Numbered from the stretch's first letter, positions 9,675 through 22,944 are shown. The stretch: DNA of 64,000 nucleotides from Chiloscyllium plagiosum (GCF_004010195.1 NC_057718.1:37505650-37569649); one strand, 5' to 3'. Notes: generated from the letters alone by a model not told the origin. Numbers and translations: made by a program.

Positions 9675-12600
9675 CACTCTTATCAATATTGTCACAGACA
9701 GATGTATTTGTCACTGCCAGATTGTTGAGGTCTAGTCAACTTTTCCCTCACCACCTGCCACAGACCCTGTAACGGTTGACTCACCCCAGACTATGCTGCC
9801 AGTGGGCAGAACCACCACCCACTCAAACAAAAGTTCCAATCCAAGCTTCCAACTGTCCATGCCAAAGATGTCGAATGAAAGAGCAGGACTTTCCCGTATT
9901 TTCACGATCCTAGCATCAGGTTCTAATAATGATCATGGGCCTGCACTTGCCAGAAGCCAGACGCAGAAGTGGTTTGCCACCTAATGAGCAGTCTCTCGCC
10001 AATCACAAGGGGACTGTGCAGCATGAGCAGCTTCTCTCTGAGAGATGAGCACTCTGGAGGTAAGGAGCCCTTATCTGCATAAAGATTAATGATTTGTTTT
10101 TAGATGGTCTAAGTGAGCAGTTACTTATAATCAGAGTACAACTTCAGCTGTATGCACCCCACTTCTTGTCAGGAACAAAGCTCATTGCTCTGAGTGTCTT
10201 CCTGACATAAAGCAAAGCCACCTCCATTAAACTGGTGACCCTCACACATTGGAAGGCTGCTCTACCACCAACAAAAGGCTGGAGAGTAAACCAAACAGAA
10301 TCTTAAAACACTGTGGTTTGGCTGCCCAGAGTCCTGTAATGGGCAATCAAGTCAACCTTTACAGGGTCTGATACTGCCCTGTGAAACCTGCCTAGCAGTG
10401 AGAATGCTTCAGGCAACCTTCCAGAGTCAGGTCTCTATTAAATTCTTGGCAGTTCGGCCTCATTCACTTGAGGTTTGGGAAGAGACTGCCAGTCAGCCTA
10501 TCAGGTCTGTGCTGGCATGTACCAATGATACAGTAAAAAAAAAAGCTGCTCAATGCCAGGATTGAACTGGTTTCTTATGACCCGCTAAGGATGCAAGTTT
10601 CAAAACAATTTTCTCGCACATTTTAATCCTTACTGTTCTCTCCTACAACTTACATTGGAGATGGTATCTACTGCCAAAGAAATTTACATTTAATTGGTTG
10701 AGAGCTATATCCAAGGATTATTGGATTGAATACCAATTATATAAATATTTGTTAATGAAAGACATAACTAACCTTCAAGAATTGTCACCACAAAATTAAC
10801 ATGGTAGTGGTCCCTGACATATGACTATACCCAGAGAGGTTCATCCAACTACAGTTCGAAAGAATTAATACAAGGTCTATTACTGAGTCTGTTTCATCAT
10901 CTGTGCATACAATGTAAAAACGAATTTGTAAATGCTCAGGGCAAGGAAAACATCTTAGTTTTGGTAATGTCTCAAGGAGGATACAACCATCTATATGCCA
11001 GTTTCCCCCTAGCCAGCCCCATAAAATGTAAGTTATACGCTTTTTCAGGATCTAAATAAATATCTAAATGTCAAATTATTCAAATACAGACCAATTAGAA
11101 CCATTTATTTTCCAACTTTCTTTCTACATACACAGCAGTACCAAAACATCTCATTGCCTCAGTCCATTTTACATTTTTGTTGTTATCTTTCCTCCTCCAA
11201 CTGTCAGGTAAGTTTTAATTCAATTTTGAAATTGATCACCTGTCTAGGTAGAACTCTGTCATTGACCTTGACACACTCCTAAGCTGATCGGTCCTTGAGT
11301 GTTTACCCTATTTACATGATTGGGTAGACTTCGTCTGAGCCCATGTGCCTTCTCATTCCTGCTTATGATTGTTCCAGAAATAACAATAAATATTAGTCCT
11401 ACTCCTGTTAGCTCTACTCCAATGTGGCCAGTTCTGTCCTACTCTCGACTCTGCTTTAATTCTCTGCTTCAAAGAAAAGGACAGGCAGCTTGGAAAGGGA
11501 CATCATGGGTGCAGTGAACATCCTTGTGGTTTCTACTACTCTGTTGCTGTAACTTCGATAGAAGTTCAGGGAACAGCCCATTTCAATGAATAACTGGGCC
11601 TTCCACCACAGCTCCAAAGAAATTACAGCAGAGGAACAGAAAATCCTCCCCCAGTTATTGTTTATTAATCGAATAATGTGCTGTGTGCTTTTGCTGTCAT
11701 TTCAATAAAGAGAAAACAAAATGCATATCTGAACATCAACTAGCAAGAACTATTAAGTTATAGTGGTAACTATTAAGTTATAGTCATCTGGTGGTAGAGA
11801 AATTGAATATTACTGAAAAAAGAGACACATTGTAAAATCTTACAATCATCAGGTCAGGCACAAGACTAGCAAATGTCAAAGAGGGCAGTAATTTATAATG
11901 CATGAGATAAAGGGCGGAGACTGGTGTACAAGCAGATTTTGATTGGTCAAGAAAATGTCATGGAGAATGCCCACAAAACAGATATCCCCCCAAAAAACTT
12001 TATTTCAGTTCAAAATCATTGATGCTGATTGACTACATTATGCTGATTATACACCAGTTAACAGTTAGCCCGCAAGCTTTTGTTTCATTGAGAAAGACAA
12101 AACACACAGACAGTTTTGGGCTGAATCTTACATTTTTTTGGCTAAGTACCAGTTGCTTTGTGTTTTTGGAGGGTTTCTCGTTGCAAGACCTAGCAAAGTT
12201 TCTCACCATATCTTAATAAACCGGACTCATCATCTACCTGCCCTGTCACTATGGTGTCCCTCTCATCCAATTCTATCCTTATCTTGCCACACGCTGTTCC
12301 CAGAGTTGCCACTCAGTGGATATCCATTGAAAGATTGGCTTCTCTTGCAGCCACACCATGTTCACAAGGCTGCTATGCACCAGACAAGTGTTGGCAATTC
12401 AAAGTTGCCTCTCATCAGCAATGCAACAACATTGTGACCAGAAAACCACATTGCTCACAGCACGTAGTTGGCACTCCCTCACACATACAACACCACCCTC
12501 CCACCTTAGTTGCAATTTAAACAGCTAGCCACACAAATGACCTATCCTTACCTATCTCCCATCCAGACACCCTCTCTAATTCATTGCTACTCTGTCTCTA

Positions 12601-13454
12601 ATGCACTGGAGACCTTCAGCTTGACATTATCCAATGGGAGAGCATCCTATCCAGTAAACAATTGGACAATTCCAAATCTAGGTTTTTATTTACGGCCACA
12701 AACGCAAACAAAACAAAGCGAATAGTGGCTGTAGTTCACCACTGCAATGAAAACCAAATGCTGGCATGATGTTTAACAACTATTTTACAGTCTATGATGA
12801 TCTGTTGTACAGTGCTCTCTTCACTGGGTGTCAATCAGGTTCTGTCTGGTTTGTGGTGCCTGAAGCAACTGAGCTCTATGCTGGACAAGGACAGTGTCCG
12901 TCACCCCTGCATCTTTGTCCTACTCCTCCTCAAAACAGCAGGATGACAAAACAAGGTAAGGCATGGATGCTGCCAGCCCTGCAGGTCAGAGCTAAGTGAG
13001 TGAGCGCTATGAGAGTGAGTGAGCAGCCCTGAGATCCAACCTGGTCCACTTGTGAGCTGGGAGCCTGTTCTTCCATGCACAGTGTCCATGTGCAGCAGCT
13101 TTTCAGTGCTAGTTACTGGTGTGCCCACCAGTGCAAGTCTGCATTTCCTAAGCATCCTACAGTGGATCAGAGAGCTGTCATGAAGATCATTAGGGTTTAG
13201 AAAATTTCAGATATTGATATCCAGGGATAAAGTTGCATACAGTTGCTGTCCATGGATCAAGCCCTGAAATGCTGCTTGCTGCTGAGCAACATGGAGGTGC
13301 TTCACAGTCAGTGGTGAGCTGATGTGGCCAGGTACCTGCTCTCACTCGCACGTCAAGACTTCTCCTCAACGTGTTTATTCACTGTGTTTGGTAAGAATGG
13401 AAGCTGAACACCAATGAAGCAAATTGTGCAGTTAATAAGGTATTTAACAGTAAT

Positions 13455-13649
13455 GTATCACATCTCTGTGACACTGGACTCCTTTGGCTATAAATTCTGT
13501 GATCATGATCTTATACTCCATAACCATAGGATGAAGGAATGGTGCTCCGAAAGCTAGTACTTCCAAATAAATCTGTTGGACAATAATCTGGTGTTGTGTG
13601 ATTTTTAACTTTGTCCAGCCCCATCCAACACTGGCTCCTCCAAGTCATA
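13455..13649 (+). mobile_element. Penelope-like family B terminal repeat with degenerate hammerhead
   Basis: ggatgaaggaatggtgctccgaaagctagt...gtgtgatttttaactttgtccagccccatccaacactggctcctccaagtcat, homologous to 1096-1635 and 42296-42483. Confidence 0.8.
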
Positions 13650-13879
13650 GGTTGAAAGAAGCAGTCAATTCCTGATGCTGACTTAGATATGAATCAACTG
13701 CAATAATTATCAGAAACATTAGTTTGGTGAAAAGTCCACTTTCAAGCATCGGGGTTGCAAAAATAATAACAAAATATAGTCAAAATCCATTTAGAGGCTG
13801 GAATGTAAAGTTTTAAGCAAATTGTAAGGATGTAGGTTCAAATGGTTTGGTTAAAATGAATGAGACTACGCATCAGTAC

Positions 13880-14110
13880 CAACTTACATCTACATCGTAG
13901 CTTTTACATAATAAAATGCCCCAAAACAATTCAATGGAACATTATCAAACAAAATTGAATACCAAGACATGTAAGCAGATATTGGAACCGACGACCTGAA
14001 GTTTGTTCAAAGAGGTACTTTTAAGGACCTTCTTAAAGGAAAAGAGAAATGGAGTCAGGCTAGGTAGTTTAAGGAGGGAATTCCAGAATCTAACGTCTAA
14101 GCAGCTGCCA
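13880..14110 (-). mobile_element. L2 LINE 3' end, old
   Basis: Resembles an antisense L2 terminus (aaagaggtacttttaaggaccttcttaaagga...agggaattccagaat...agcagctg); assigned from recalled consensus. Confidence 0.6.
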
Positions 14111-15498
14111 TACAATTCAAGAGGCTGGATGTTGTAGATTCCTGGGACATTGGGACCAGCTCTGGGAAGGTAAGATTTATAGAGATTAGATGGCTTGCAA
14201 TTTAATGGAAAAGGGACCAAAGATGATGGTTTTCTCAAGCTTTCCGGGAACAATAAGAGCTTGGTGGGGACAGGAACCAATGTATAGCATGAGAAAGGAG
14301 AAACAAGGTACATGAAGACATAGACAGATAGCAATGGAGTAAAACTTATGGGTTAGTTAAGAGGGAAAGAAATGATCCAAATTAGATTTACAATGCATTT
14401 AGTTAAATGCATGGTCTGCCACCTTCCTTTCTCAGTTTGCTGAAATTCCTTTGTCTCTGTAGTGTATTTTGTCCGAACATTCTTGACTCTCATCATCTTT
14501 ACCTTACAGTAATTATAATACAGAAGAGGGCAAATTACAATAATAGTAGAGACATTTGTATTGTAGGGCTGAATTAGATTAATCTAAATTAGGACTTGAG
14601 GATTCCTATAGTCAACTCTGTGTCACTTTTGATAGTGGTATATGCTTGATTACATCTGTTGTTCCTCTCAGTTAGTCAAAGCCTTACTGGAGTCATTAAC
14701 CATGACTTCAGAGAACATCGTCATAAATCATCTGATTACACAGCTTGTCACATGATGAAAATCTTACAGCTGCTTCCCTTGCTATTCTGCAAGCTAATCA
14801 GATTCAAATAGTGCAGAAAGTACCCAATCGCTTGAATTGAATGGAGTATTTTTTGTGGTTTTGAGTTACACACGCATTCTGTCAGTTGTTCCTTGTACAC
14901 ATGGAACGAGACATCTTCATCTCCCCCAGTATTTATGCTTACTTTGGGAAAGATATGAATTCTGCACACAGATAAGATTATACCTTAATGCAGTGGTGAG
15001 CTTTTGCCTGATGAATAAGGGCAATATTTTAAAATGCTAATTCAAAGGATGTCATCTAAAAAAAATTAAAGGAAATAGTGTGCTTGAATCACTTTTTTGA
15101 TAGCGGGAGTGAACTGCTGATTTTCTACAACAGTTCCTCAGTAACATCCCAGAAAATTTCAATTCAACATGTCCAATAAGTAAAGCCTTTAAAAGAACCT
15201 TTGCACTCTGTAGGTGGTGGTGAAAGGAATATGAGCATGTCGCTGACAGACACTTTCCCTGAATCTTAATGTTAATATGATCCAATTCAGGATTGCTTAA
15301 AAACAATTTTCTATCAAGTGCCTTGGGGCATTTTTCATTTCAGATGTGCTGCATAGGATCAAATTGTATTTGGCAAGAGCCATAAAATTCACTCATCCCA
15401 ATTTTTCGGCTCAGTTCGTGGACTGCCCTAGGATATAGAGTGGGCAAGATATAACATTTATCTACTGAGGAGAATTAGGGTAAGGTTAGCAGAGCTTC

Positions 15499-15596
15499 TG
15501 TTCTGAAGAAGGGCCACTGAATTTGAAATGTTAATCCTGCTTTCTCTCCACAGATTCTGCTAGAACCGTTCATGTTCTCCAGCAATTTCTGATTTT
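15499..15596 (+). mobile_element. Penelope-like family C terminal fragment, 14-bp TSD, degenerate hammerhead
   Basis: gttagcagagcttc occurs at 15485-15498 and 15597-15610. The insert begins tgttCTGAAGAagggccactgaatttGAAAtgttaat. Confidence 0.85.
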
Positions 15597-17014
15597 GTTA
15601 GCAGAGCTTCAGATGAGTTTAAATTACATTTCAACTTTTCACATAATCCATTAAATTTGCTAAAGAGTGTGATTATATGTAGAGCAGAGAATAAGACTTT
15701 CTTACTTTATTGTGTCCTTTCTTTCAAGTAAGTGAAAAGAGTAACATGAATAATATAGCCAGATGGCACTCATTGCATAATGTGATTGCTCTAAACCTCG
15801 AAAGCAAACACTAAAGTGTCAAGAAGATATAAAATGAGAAAACACAAGAATAGAATTTGTTTTCATCATTCATAGCTCAGTTTTAAACTTGCAATGATTG
15901 CCTTTTTACTTGTGGGACTCTCTGCCGTGGATATGACTCATGTCATCTGATTTTATGACTAAAATGGTGAATAGTTATCCATTTTCAGCTTAAGCTAAGC
16001 ACAATTTCATTCAAAGAAAACCATTTTGAAAGAACCTGTGCTGGAGATCTGTTGTAAATAGTCTTCACAACTCTAGATAAGTTTGCACTATTTTTATGTA
16101 GTTGTGAACAATGCTCCAATCATTTTGGTGTGCTTACTTCATAGACATCCTGCAAATGTGCACCAGCAATACTATTGAGGAGATCAAATAATCCAGGCAT
16201 TGACTAACAGCTCAGCTCACAATCTTGGGGCCGACGTATTCAATATGTGACAGATGCTTGTTTATCATTTGTGCAAACAGCCTTAATCCCCAAGATAAGC
16301 AACTTTATATTGTTTTGTCTTCACCTATATAGGGTCATTTATTCAGTAGCTTCATCAATAATTGGAAATTAGTTTTATCCCTTATTTCCATAAATATTAA
16401 TGTGTGTGTGCTAGTGTGTGCATACATAGACTGATCTATGTTTTTAGTTAGTTTTTCATATTTGCCTTCACATTGTATCCTTCCATTATTAGGTTAAAAG
16501 CCTCCATGTTATATATAGTTGTGCAAATAATGAACCTCAAGCATTTTTCACTTGTTAACAATAATTGTTTATATCATTTCAATTTGATATGCATTGGAAA
16601 TCTTACAGTAAAATTCTAAGGGATATTTTAGAAGTTCATGTTAACAAGTTCAGATGGGGATTAATAGTCTCTGATGATTTCCTTTGGGTTCAGTGATCTC
16701 TATGTGCTATGTTTTTATCCAAATACATCCAAAAACAGACCAGTTTGTAACTGTCATCAAGATTCAACAATTTTAATATATCTTTTGTCAGGTAGGACTG
16801 TGAATAAGGTGTGGGGAGCAGTGTGGTGGTCTTACTTAAGAATGAAGGATCCTAAAAGCACAAATCATGCTTGCTAGGATTAATTATTGGTAAGGAGAGA
16901 CAATAATATTGTCCTCCAACCTTTACAGCCTGCGGTTAGATGTCCTCTGTTGTTTGGTGGGGAAGAGGAAGCTTTCTGATCAATACTAATTAGATATGCT
17001 TCTCCTGAAATAAT

Positions 17015-17620
17015 CAGCTCCTTTTAACATTCAACAGGATTACCATCACTGAATCCCATACCATTGACATTCTAGGGTTATTATTGACCAAAAGCTTAAC
17101 TGGACATGCCACATAACTGTTGTGGTCACAGGAGCAAGAGAGATATTGGAAAATGCACAATGAGTAACTCACTTCCTGATTCCCAAAAGCCCATCCACTA
17201 TCTACAATGCACATGTCTTGTGTGTAATGGGATATCCCCACTTCCCCGGATGTGAACAGCTCCAGCAGCACTCAGACAGCAAAACAACATCCAGGGCAGC
17301 CTAGTCTACTTGGCTGATACTCCCGTCCACTACATTATACATTAACACTACATCATTGTTGCATAGCTGTGTGTACTATTCTCAAGATTCACAAATGCAG
17401 CTCATTGCTCCTTTAACACCTTCCAAACTCATGCTTCTTCAATCTAGAAGGACAAAGGCAGCAGACACATGAGAATATCACAATCTGCAAGTTCGTCAGT
17501 CAATCTCCAAGTTACACAACATTCTGACTTGGCATTGTGTTACAGTTCCTTCTCCGATGCCAGATCAAAATTTTGGAACTCCTTTTAACAGTATGCTAGA
17601 TATTTCTACATCACATGGAA
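17015..17620 (+). mobile_element. CR1-group LINE 3' fragment, old
   Basis: Sense homolog of 6100-6700 (attaccatcactgaatccc, gagtaactcacttcctgattccc, agaaggacaaaggcagcagacac). Confidence 0.8.
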
Positions 17621-19326
17621 ATGCATTATTAGTGCTAGACTAGAAGTTCTGACTTTGCGAGAGATACTCACATTGCACAAATGAAAGAAAATTCTGTGTA
17701 CTCTAGTTTGAGTTGGCACCAAAGACCTGCAACTAGGTGGAATATCTGTCAGGATTGCACTTCCAAGCATTGAGAGCCAATAGAATTTACAGTTTAAAAT
17801 CAATTTTTCTTAAGCTTTAATTGCAATTTATGTACAATGATGTTCAAACATTTATTTGCCATGCAAACAAATGCCTAATGCGAATCATCTCAAAAATCCT
17901 GGTGTTACAATTTGTCTCAGATTAAATTGCTCAGCAGCAATTTTGGTTGCAAGTTTAAAATATATTACTGCTAAAAATATTTAAAACGTGTGATTATCGA
18001 AAGCATAGATGGATTTTTCAGACAAGTTTCTCAATAATTTCTAGGTCCTAAACAGCGCATAAAATATTTTTCATATTACACCCAGGTCTTTATCAAATAT
18101 GAAGTTTAATTTGATTCTGCTGTCTGTGAATCTCTCAAGAATGATTCTCTCCTGACTGCCAGGGATCCTCAACTTACACCTACCTAGTTAGGACCATATG
18201 CAGTACATCTTTTTCAGATATTTCAGAGGAAAGCTCAGTGAAATCCAACACCAAGCACATTGTCTGTAATGTGATGGTGGTCTGGCCTTGTCTTTTCTAC
18301 TCAAGCTGCCAACCAGCTGTAGCACAGCATTGAGTGTTTAGGAACTTCTCAAACGTGAATCAAAGATACAAGTTGTGGCAGGCAGCAACCATTTTACTCA
18401 ATACATTTCTATTCTATGACATATTGCAGTCTTTGGTGTCATTCTCTCTCTCCATTTATGACACTTTTCCTATCTCTTTCTCTCTGCAACTACATTCTAA
18501 TGTTATTTTTCCTATCCTACATTCAGTTTATTATCTCCATCCTTCACAGATAATTATCAGTTCAGAAAGTTGACTTAAGCCACCTCAGTCTGGTTTCTAT
18601 TAAGCCAGTCCATATGGACAGTTTCATATAAGAGCAAAGAAGTGCCATTAATCTGAATAAAAGATCAGCCTTTTAGTTGTGCTGAATGCATTTTTGAGTT
18701 TCTTTCATAACTGTGCCACTGTTGGATGTAGGCAAACCAACATTATGTGTAATAAATCAAACAATGACCCAAGACAATATTTCAAATATTGTTTGTATGG
18801 AAGCCTAAGAGAGCTTAAATGTTGTGAATATAATGCTTCAAATCAGTCATTGTACATGATTGTGGCAACACTGCAATTAACTTTGACTATCTGTTTTATG
18901 TGGACACTTTTCATTAAAAATGGATTGCACATGACATCTCAGACACATCCATTTGTTGAGTTATTAATTTCTATTATACAGTGTATGCGCTTTCTGTAAA
19001 CAAAATGTTATTCCATTCCTTTCAGCCCATTTTATGCAAATCTTGCCCATTTTAAATCTCTATGTTTGTATTTATAATGGAAATTACTCTTATCCCTGCC
19101 ACTGCATCATTGGATCAGCAGCTAGTTTTAAGCAAAATGCTTTCTGAAAACGTTTTCCACCAAATATTTTTGATTTCAGATGCTGAGACCTCTACGGTGA
19201 ATTAGGATCCTCCAACTGGAGCTCCTTCTATTATTTCTCATTTTCTTCTCATTTTTTTCCCTTTTATTTCTCTTTTTTCCTCCTTTTTGGTGTTTTCCCC
19301 AACTTAGTGTTCACCTTTCCCTGTGG

Positions 19327-19575
19327 AGAAAGTGAGGGCTGCAGATGCTGGAGATCAGAGCTGAAAATGTGTTGCTGGAAAAGCGCAGCAGGTCAGGCAG
19401 CATCCAAGGAACACCCGGACCAACCAACCCAACCACCCCGTAGCCCNNNNNNNNNNNNNNNNNNNNNNNCACACTTTCCTCATTCCTGAAGAAGGGCTTA
19501 TGCCCGAAACGTCGATTCTCCTGTTCCTTGGATGCTGCCTGACCTGCTGTGCTTTTCCAGCAACACATTTTCAGC
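19327..19575. mobile_element. Penelope-like family A inverted cassette, perfect 16-bp TSD, central N gap
   Basis: tcacctttccctgtgg occurs at 19311-19326 and 19576-19591; inverted arms flank the gap at 19447-19469. Confidence 0.92.
19482..19517 (+). ncRNA. Minimal type I hammerhead ribozyme, family A (intact)
   Basis: attc-CTGAAGA-A-GGGC-ttat-GCCC-GAAA-CG-TC-gatt, with palindromic ACGT stem III. Predicted cleavage is after C19513; stem I is short and imperfect. Confidence 0.8.
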
Positions 19576-20307
19576 TCACCTTTCCCTGTGGCAGGTCTCC
19601 GCCTGGTCTCTTGGCCTAATGTCGACGAGTCTCTCCGCGGCTCATGGCGGTGTCTCAGCTCAGAATGTGAGTGGATCCTGCCTGGGTATGTTCCTGATGC
19701 ACCAGGGATGAGTAGAGAGACGGAGGTTTCAGCAGCAGTGACAGTATCTGCAGCAGCAGCATCGAGAACAGACAGTTGGGTCTCCCTGAAGAGCGAGATA
19801 TATGGAGGGCTCATCACAGGCTGTTGAACTTTTAACTTATTTTCCTAGCTTAAATTATGAAATACTTTAATCTTAACTATTACTTGTTTCTTTATTTTTC
19901 TACTATTCTGTGAAGTAATATTTAACTTGTTTCTCTTCCTAATGTGTGCCTAAATTTGTTTTGGGACTAGGTACCTTGGTACCTAAGATGGCACCACATG
20001 TGGCGACATTATACACTTTTCACTGTACCCCTGTACCCCTGTACTTCTGTACTTGAGTACACATGACAATAAAATCTGAGATAAAGCTTTAATCAAAAGT
20101 GCTATTTTAAAACATGACATATTACAGGTTAAGGTTATTACATTTATCCATTTAATTGTGCTTTGTGTTTTTTAATATTGTTTAACTATTTTAATATTTT
20201 TCATATTTTTAAATATTTTTTTCTTTACTCTGAAAAGCTGAGGCTTGGAATTGGGATTCATCTTTTTGCCCAGACCTGCAATGCAATGAGCTGTGTTAGA
20301 GAATAAT

Positions 20308-20499
20308 GTTAAAAATCACACAACACTCGGTTATAGCCCAACAGGTTTATTCGGAAGCACTAGCTTTCAGAGAGCTGTTCCTGAAGGAGCAGTGCTCTGA
20401 AAGCTAGTGCTACTGAATAAACCTGTTGGTCTATAACCTGGTGTTGTTTAATTTTGAACTTTGTCCACCCCAGTCCAACACCGGAACCTCCAAATCATG
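20308..20499. mobile_element. Penelope-like family B palindromic cassette
   Basis: Inverted arms meet at ~20381 inside the hammerhead (gctttcagagagctgttcc|tgaaggagcagtgctctgaaagc); the right arm carries the extra tail. Confidence 0.88.
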
Positions 20500-20609
20500 T
20501 TAAAAGATAGACCCCATAACTCATTGCCCAGAAAGTATCAATCCCTAACTGCAGTACAGATGGAGTACTTTCCCACTGTCTCCAAAAGCTTCTAAAGTGT
20601 TGGAGGCAA

Positions 20610-20790
20610 AGAGTCAGAAAGATGCACAGCTTGGAAACAGACCCTTTGGTCCAACTCGTCCAGGCCAAACAGATATCCTAAATTACTCTAGTCCCATTTG
20701 CCAGCTCTTGGCCCGTGTCCCTCTAAACCCTCCTATTCATGTACCCATCCAGATGTTTTTTTTAAAATACTGTAATTGTACCAGCCTCCC
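20610..20790 (-). mobile_element. CR1 LINE 3' end
   Basis: Homologous to 27327-27510 (ggaaacagaccct...tccaactcgtcc...gtcccatttgccag). Confidence 0.85.
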
Positions 20791-22940
20791 TCACTAACCT
20801 TTTCTCATCCCTCCTCACTGGCTTCCAAGCTGGTAGTCCCCCAGCCCCACACAGTTCACATCTACCTCCTTCCCAAAATTCACAAACAGGACTGCCTGAG
20901 CAGACCCATTGTTGCAGCCTGTTTCTGCCCCACAGAACTCATCCCATTCTAACCTGGATTTGTTTTTTTCTCCAGTGGTCCAGTCCTTGCCCACTTACAT
21001 CTGTGATCCCTCTGATAGTTTACATCAGTTTCAGAATTTCCAGTTTGCAGGTTCCAGCCACCTCTGCTTTACCATGGAAGTACAATCCCTTTACACATTT
21101 ATCCCCCGGCAGGATGGTCTCAAGGCTCTCTACTTCTTCCTGGAAAAAAGGCTTGAGCCGTTCCTACCCTCCACCGCCCTCACCGCCTGGCCAAGCTCAT
21201 CCTGACACTGAACAGCTTCTCTTTTAACTCCTCTCACTTTCTTCAGGTCAAAGGGGTGGCCATGGATATCTGCATGGGCCCCAGTTATCCCTGTCTCTTC
21301 ATGGGATATGTGGAACATCCCGTGTTCCAGGAATAATCTGGCCCTTACCCACAAATCTTTCCCCGGTAAATTGATGATATCATTGGTGCTGCTTCTCCCT
21401 CTCGTCCAGAATTGGAAGGAAAGGTTAATCAACTTCCCTTCCAATCTCCAGTCTGCTCTAACCTTCACCTGTGTATCTGATTTCTGTCTTCCCTTCCTTG
21501 ACATCTTTGTTTCCATTTCTGGGGTTAGGCTGGCCACTAATATTGACTGACTGACTCCCACAAGTACTTGGAGAAAGTAAGGACTGCAGATGCTGGAGAT
21601 CAGAGTTGAGAGTGTGGTGCTGGAAAAGCACAGCAGTTCAGGTAGCATCCGAGGAGCAGGAGAGTCGACGTTTCAGGCATAAGCCCTTCATCAGGCTTAT
21701 GCTTGAAATGTAGATTCTCCTGCTCCTCGGATGCTGCTTGACCTGCTGTACTTTTCCAGCACCACACTCGCGACTCCCACAATTACTTGGAATATACATC
21801 CCCACACTCTATTTCGTGTAAAGACTCTATTCCATTCATGCAATTCCTCCATCTCCGTTGCATCTGTTCTGATTATGCCAACTTCAATAAGGGAGCTTCA
21901 GAAATGTCTACCTTCTTCCTTAACCAAGGATTCCCCAGTATCGTAATTGGCTGGGCCCTCAGCCAGGTCTGACCCATCTCCTGCATTTCTGCCCTTACCT
22001 GCTCGCTTCCGTGTCACATCATCAATCATTGCCCCTTGTCCTCACCTGCCATCCCACCAACATCCACACCCAGAGGATCATACGGTACTATTTCTCTCAT
22101 TTACTCCCAGCACATCCCCATAGCCACACAGTACCATCCCCTGCAACTGCAGAAGGAGTAACACCTGTTGGTTTACTTCCTCCCTCCCCAGTATCCAATG
22201 TCCTAAACATACCTTCCAGGTGAAGCAACAATATACCCTGAACTTCACTCAATCATGTTGACTACATTCACCACTCACAATGTGGTCTCCTCTACACTGG
22301 GGAAATGAAGCGTAGACTGTGACCAGTTCACAAACACCTACATACTGTCCACAACAATGTCCCTGAGCTTCCCGCTGCAGCCATTTCAATGCACCAGTCT
22401 GTTCCCTGGTCAACATCTCTGTCTCAGGCTTGCTGCAGTGCTCCAGCAAAGCTCAGCACAAGGTGGAAGAACAACCTCATTTTCCGCTTGGGAATCTTAC
22501 AGCCTTCTGGACTCAATATCAAGTTCCACAATTTTAGGATTTGATCACCTTTTCCCATGCTTTCCTTTACCCCCACACACCAGACCTTGGATCACATGGG
22601 TTGTTACCACACATTACCCATTGTTGGTCACTAATCCGTCCCATTAGCAGCTATTCATTCCCCCAGACTGACCTTTAACTACTCTCTTTTCTGCCCAACT
22701 GATTTTCTCTCCCTTGGGCTCTATCTCCACCTTCCGTTTACTCTCTCCCCTCCCTCCACCCTATCTTCTGTACAAAACCCATTATGTTCTGAGCTACCAT
22801 CAGTTCTGAAGAAGGGTTACTGGACCCGAATGTTAACTCCACTTTCTCTCCATGGATGCTGCCAGATCTGCTGAGATTTTCTAGCAATTTCTGTTTTCAG
22901 TTTAAATTTCCAGAATCCACAGTTTTTTTTTGGTTTTTAC
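20791..22940 (+). mobile_element. Decayed autonomous Penelope-like retroelement (family C): RT, GIY-YIG endonuclease and 3' pLTR with hammerhead
   Basis: Translation gives YLLPKIHKQD, LPTYICD, FTMEVQSLYTFIP, LTLNSFSFNSSHFLQVKGVAMD..MGPSY.CLFMGYVE and LPFLDI, plus the GIY-YIG-like QCGLLYTGEMKRRL (~22275-22320). It ends in the family C terminus with agttCTGAAGAagggttactggacccGAAtgttaact at 22802-22838. Many stops and frameshifts. Confidence 0.92.
21572..21771. mobile_element. Penelope-like family A palindromic cassette nested in the family C RT, 19-bp TSD
   Basis: gactcccacaagtacttgg (21553-21571) versus gactcccacaattacttgg (21772-21790). The arms meet at ~21695 in the hammerhead. Confidence 0.92.
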
Positions 22941-22944
22941 TCTA

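Larger units (their letters stand above)
5958..9770 (-). mobile_element. CR1-group LINE (family whose 3' tail is shared with the SacSINE-like SINE), interrupted by insertions at ~7578-8772 and 9546-9674
   Basis: Minus-strand ORFs give RSVMEYSPLSCMGAAPTIFKKLDTIQ, LQQDLDIIQIWA, APEFAAPLAK and HYHHAKWDRLRTD in colinear order. The 3' tail with poly(A) is at 5958-5970. Homologous to 49820-52565. Confidence 0.88.
19180..20078 (+). mobile_element. Unclassified non-autonomous retroposon-like element
   Basis: Pyrimidine tract, GC-rich body and AT tract, then aagatggcacc...acacttttcactgta...gagtacacatgacaataaa. Parallels 7578-8772. Boundaries are approximate. Confidence 0.5.

Noticed and set aside
11748..11784. 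20-bp tandem duplication aactattaagttatagt
   Set aside because: An ordinary slippage-type duplication with no further structure.
11810..12110. Possible further old hammerhead-bearing repeat (aatcatcagg on plus, i.e. CTGATGA on minus)
   Set aside because: No GAAA box or paired stem II can be recovered; too decayed to support.
19311..19827. 168-aa and 92-aa ORFs with the recurrent CCWKSTAGQAAS peptide (also at 21600, 51249 and 59555)
   Set aside because: Chance reading of the non-coding Penelope terminal repeat; the longer ORF also spans an N gap.
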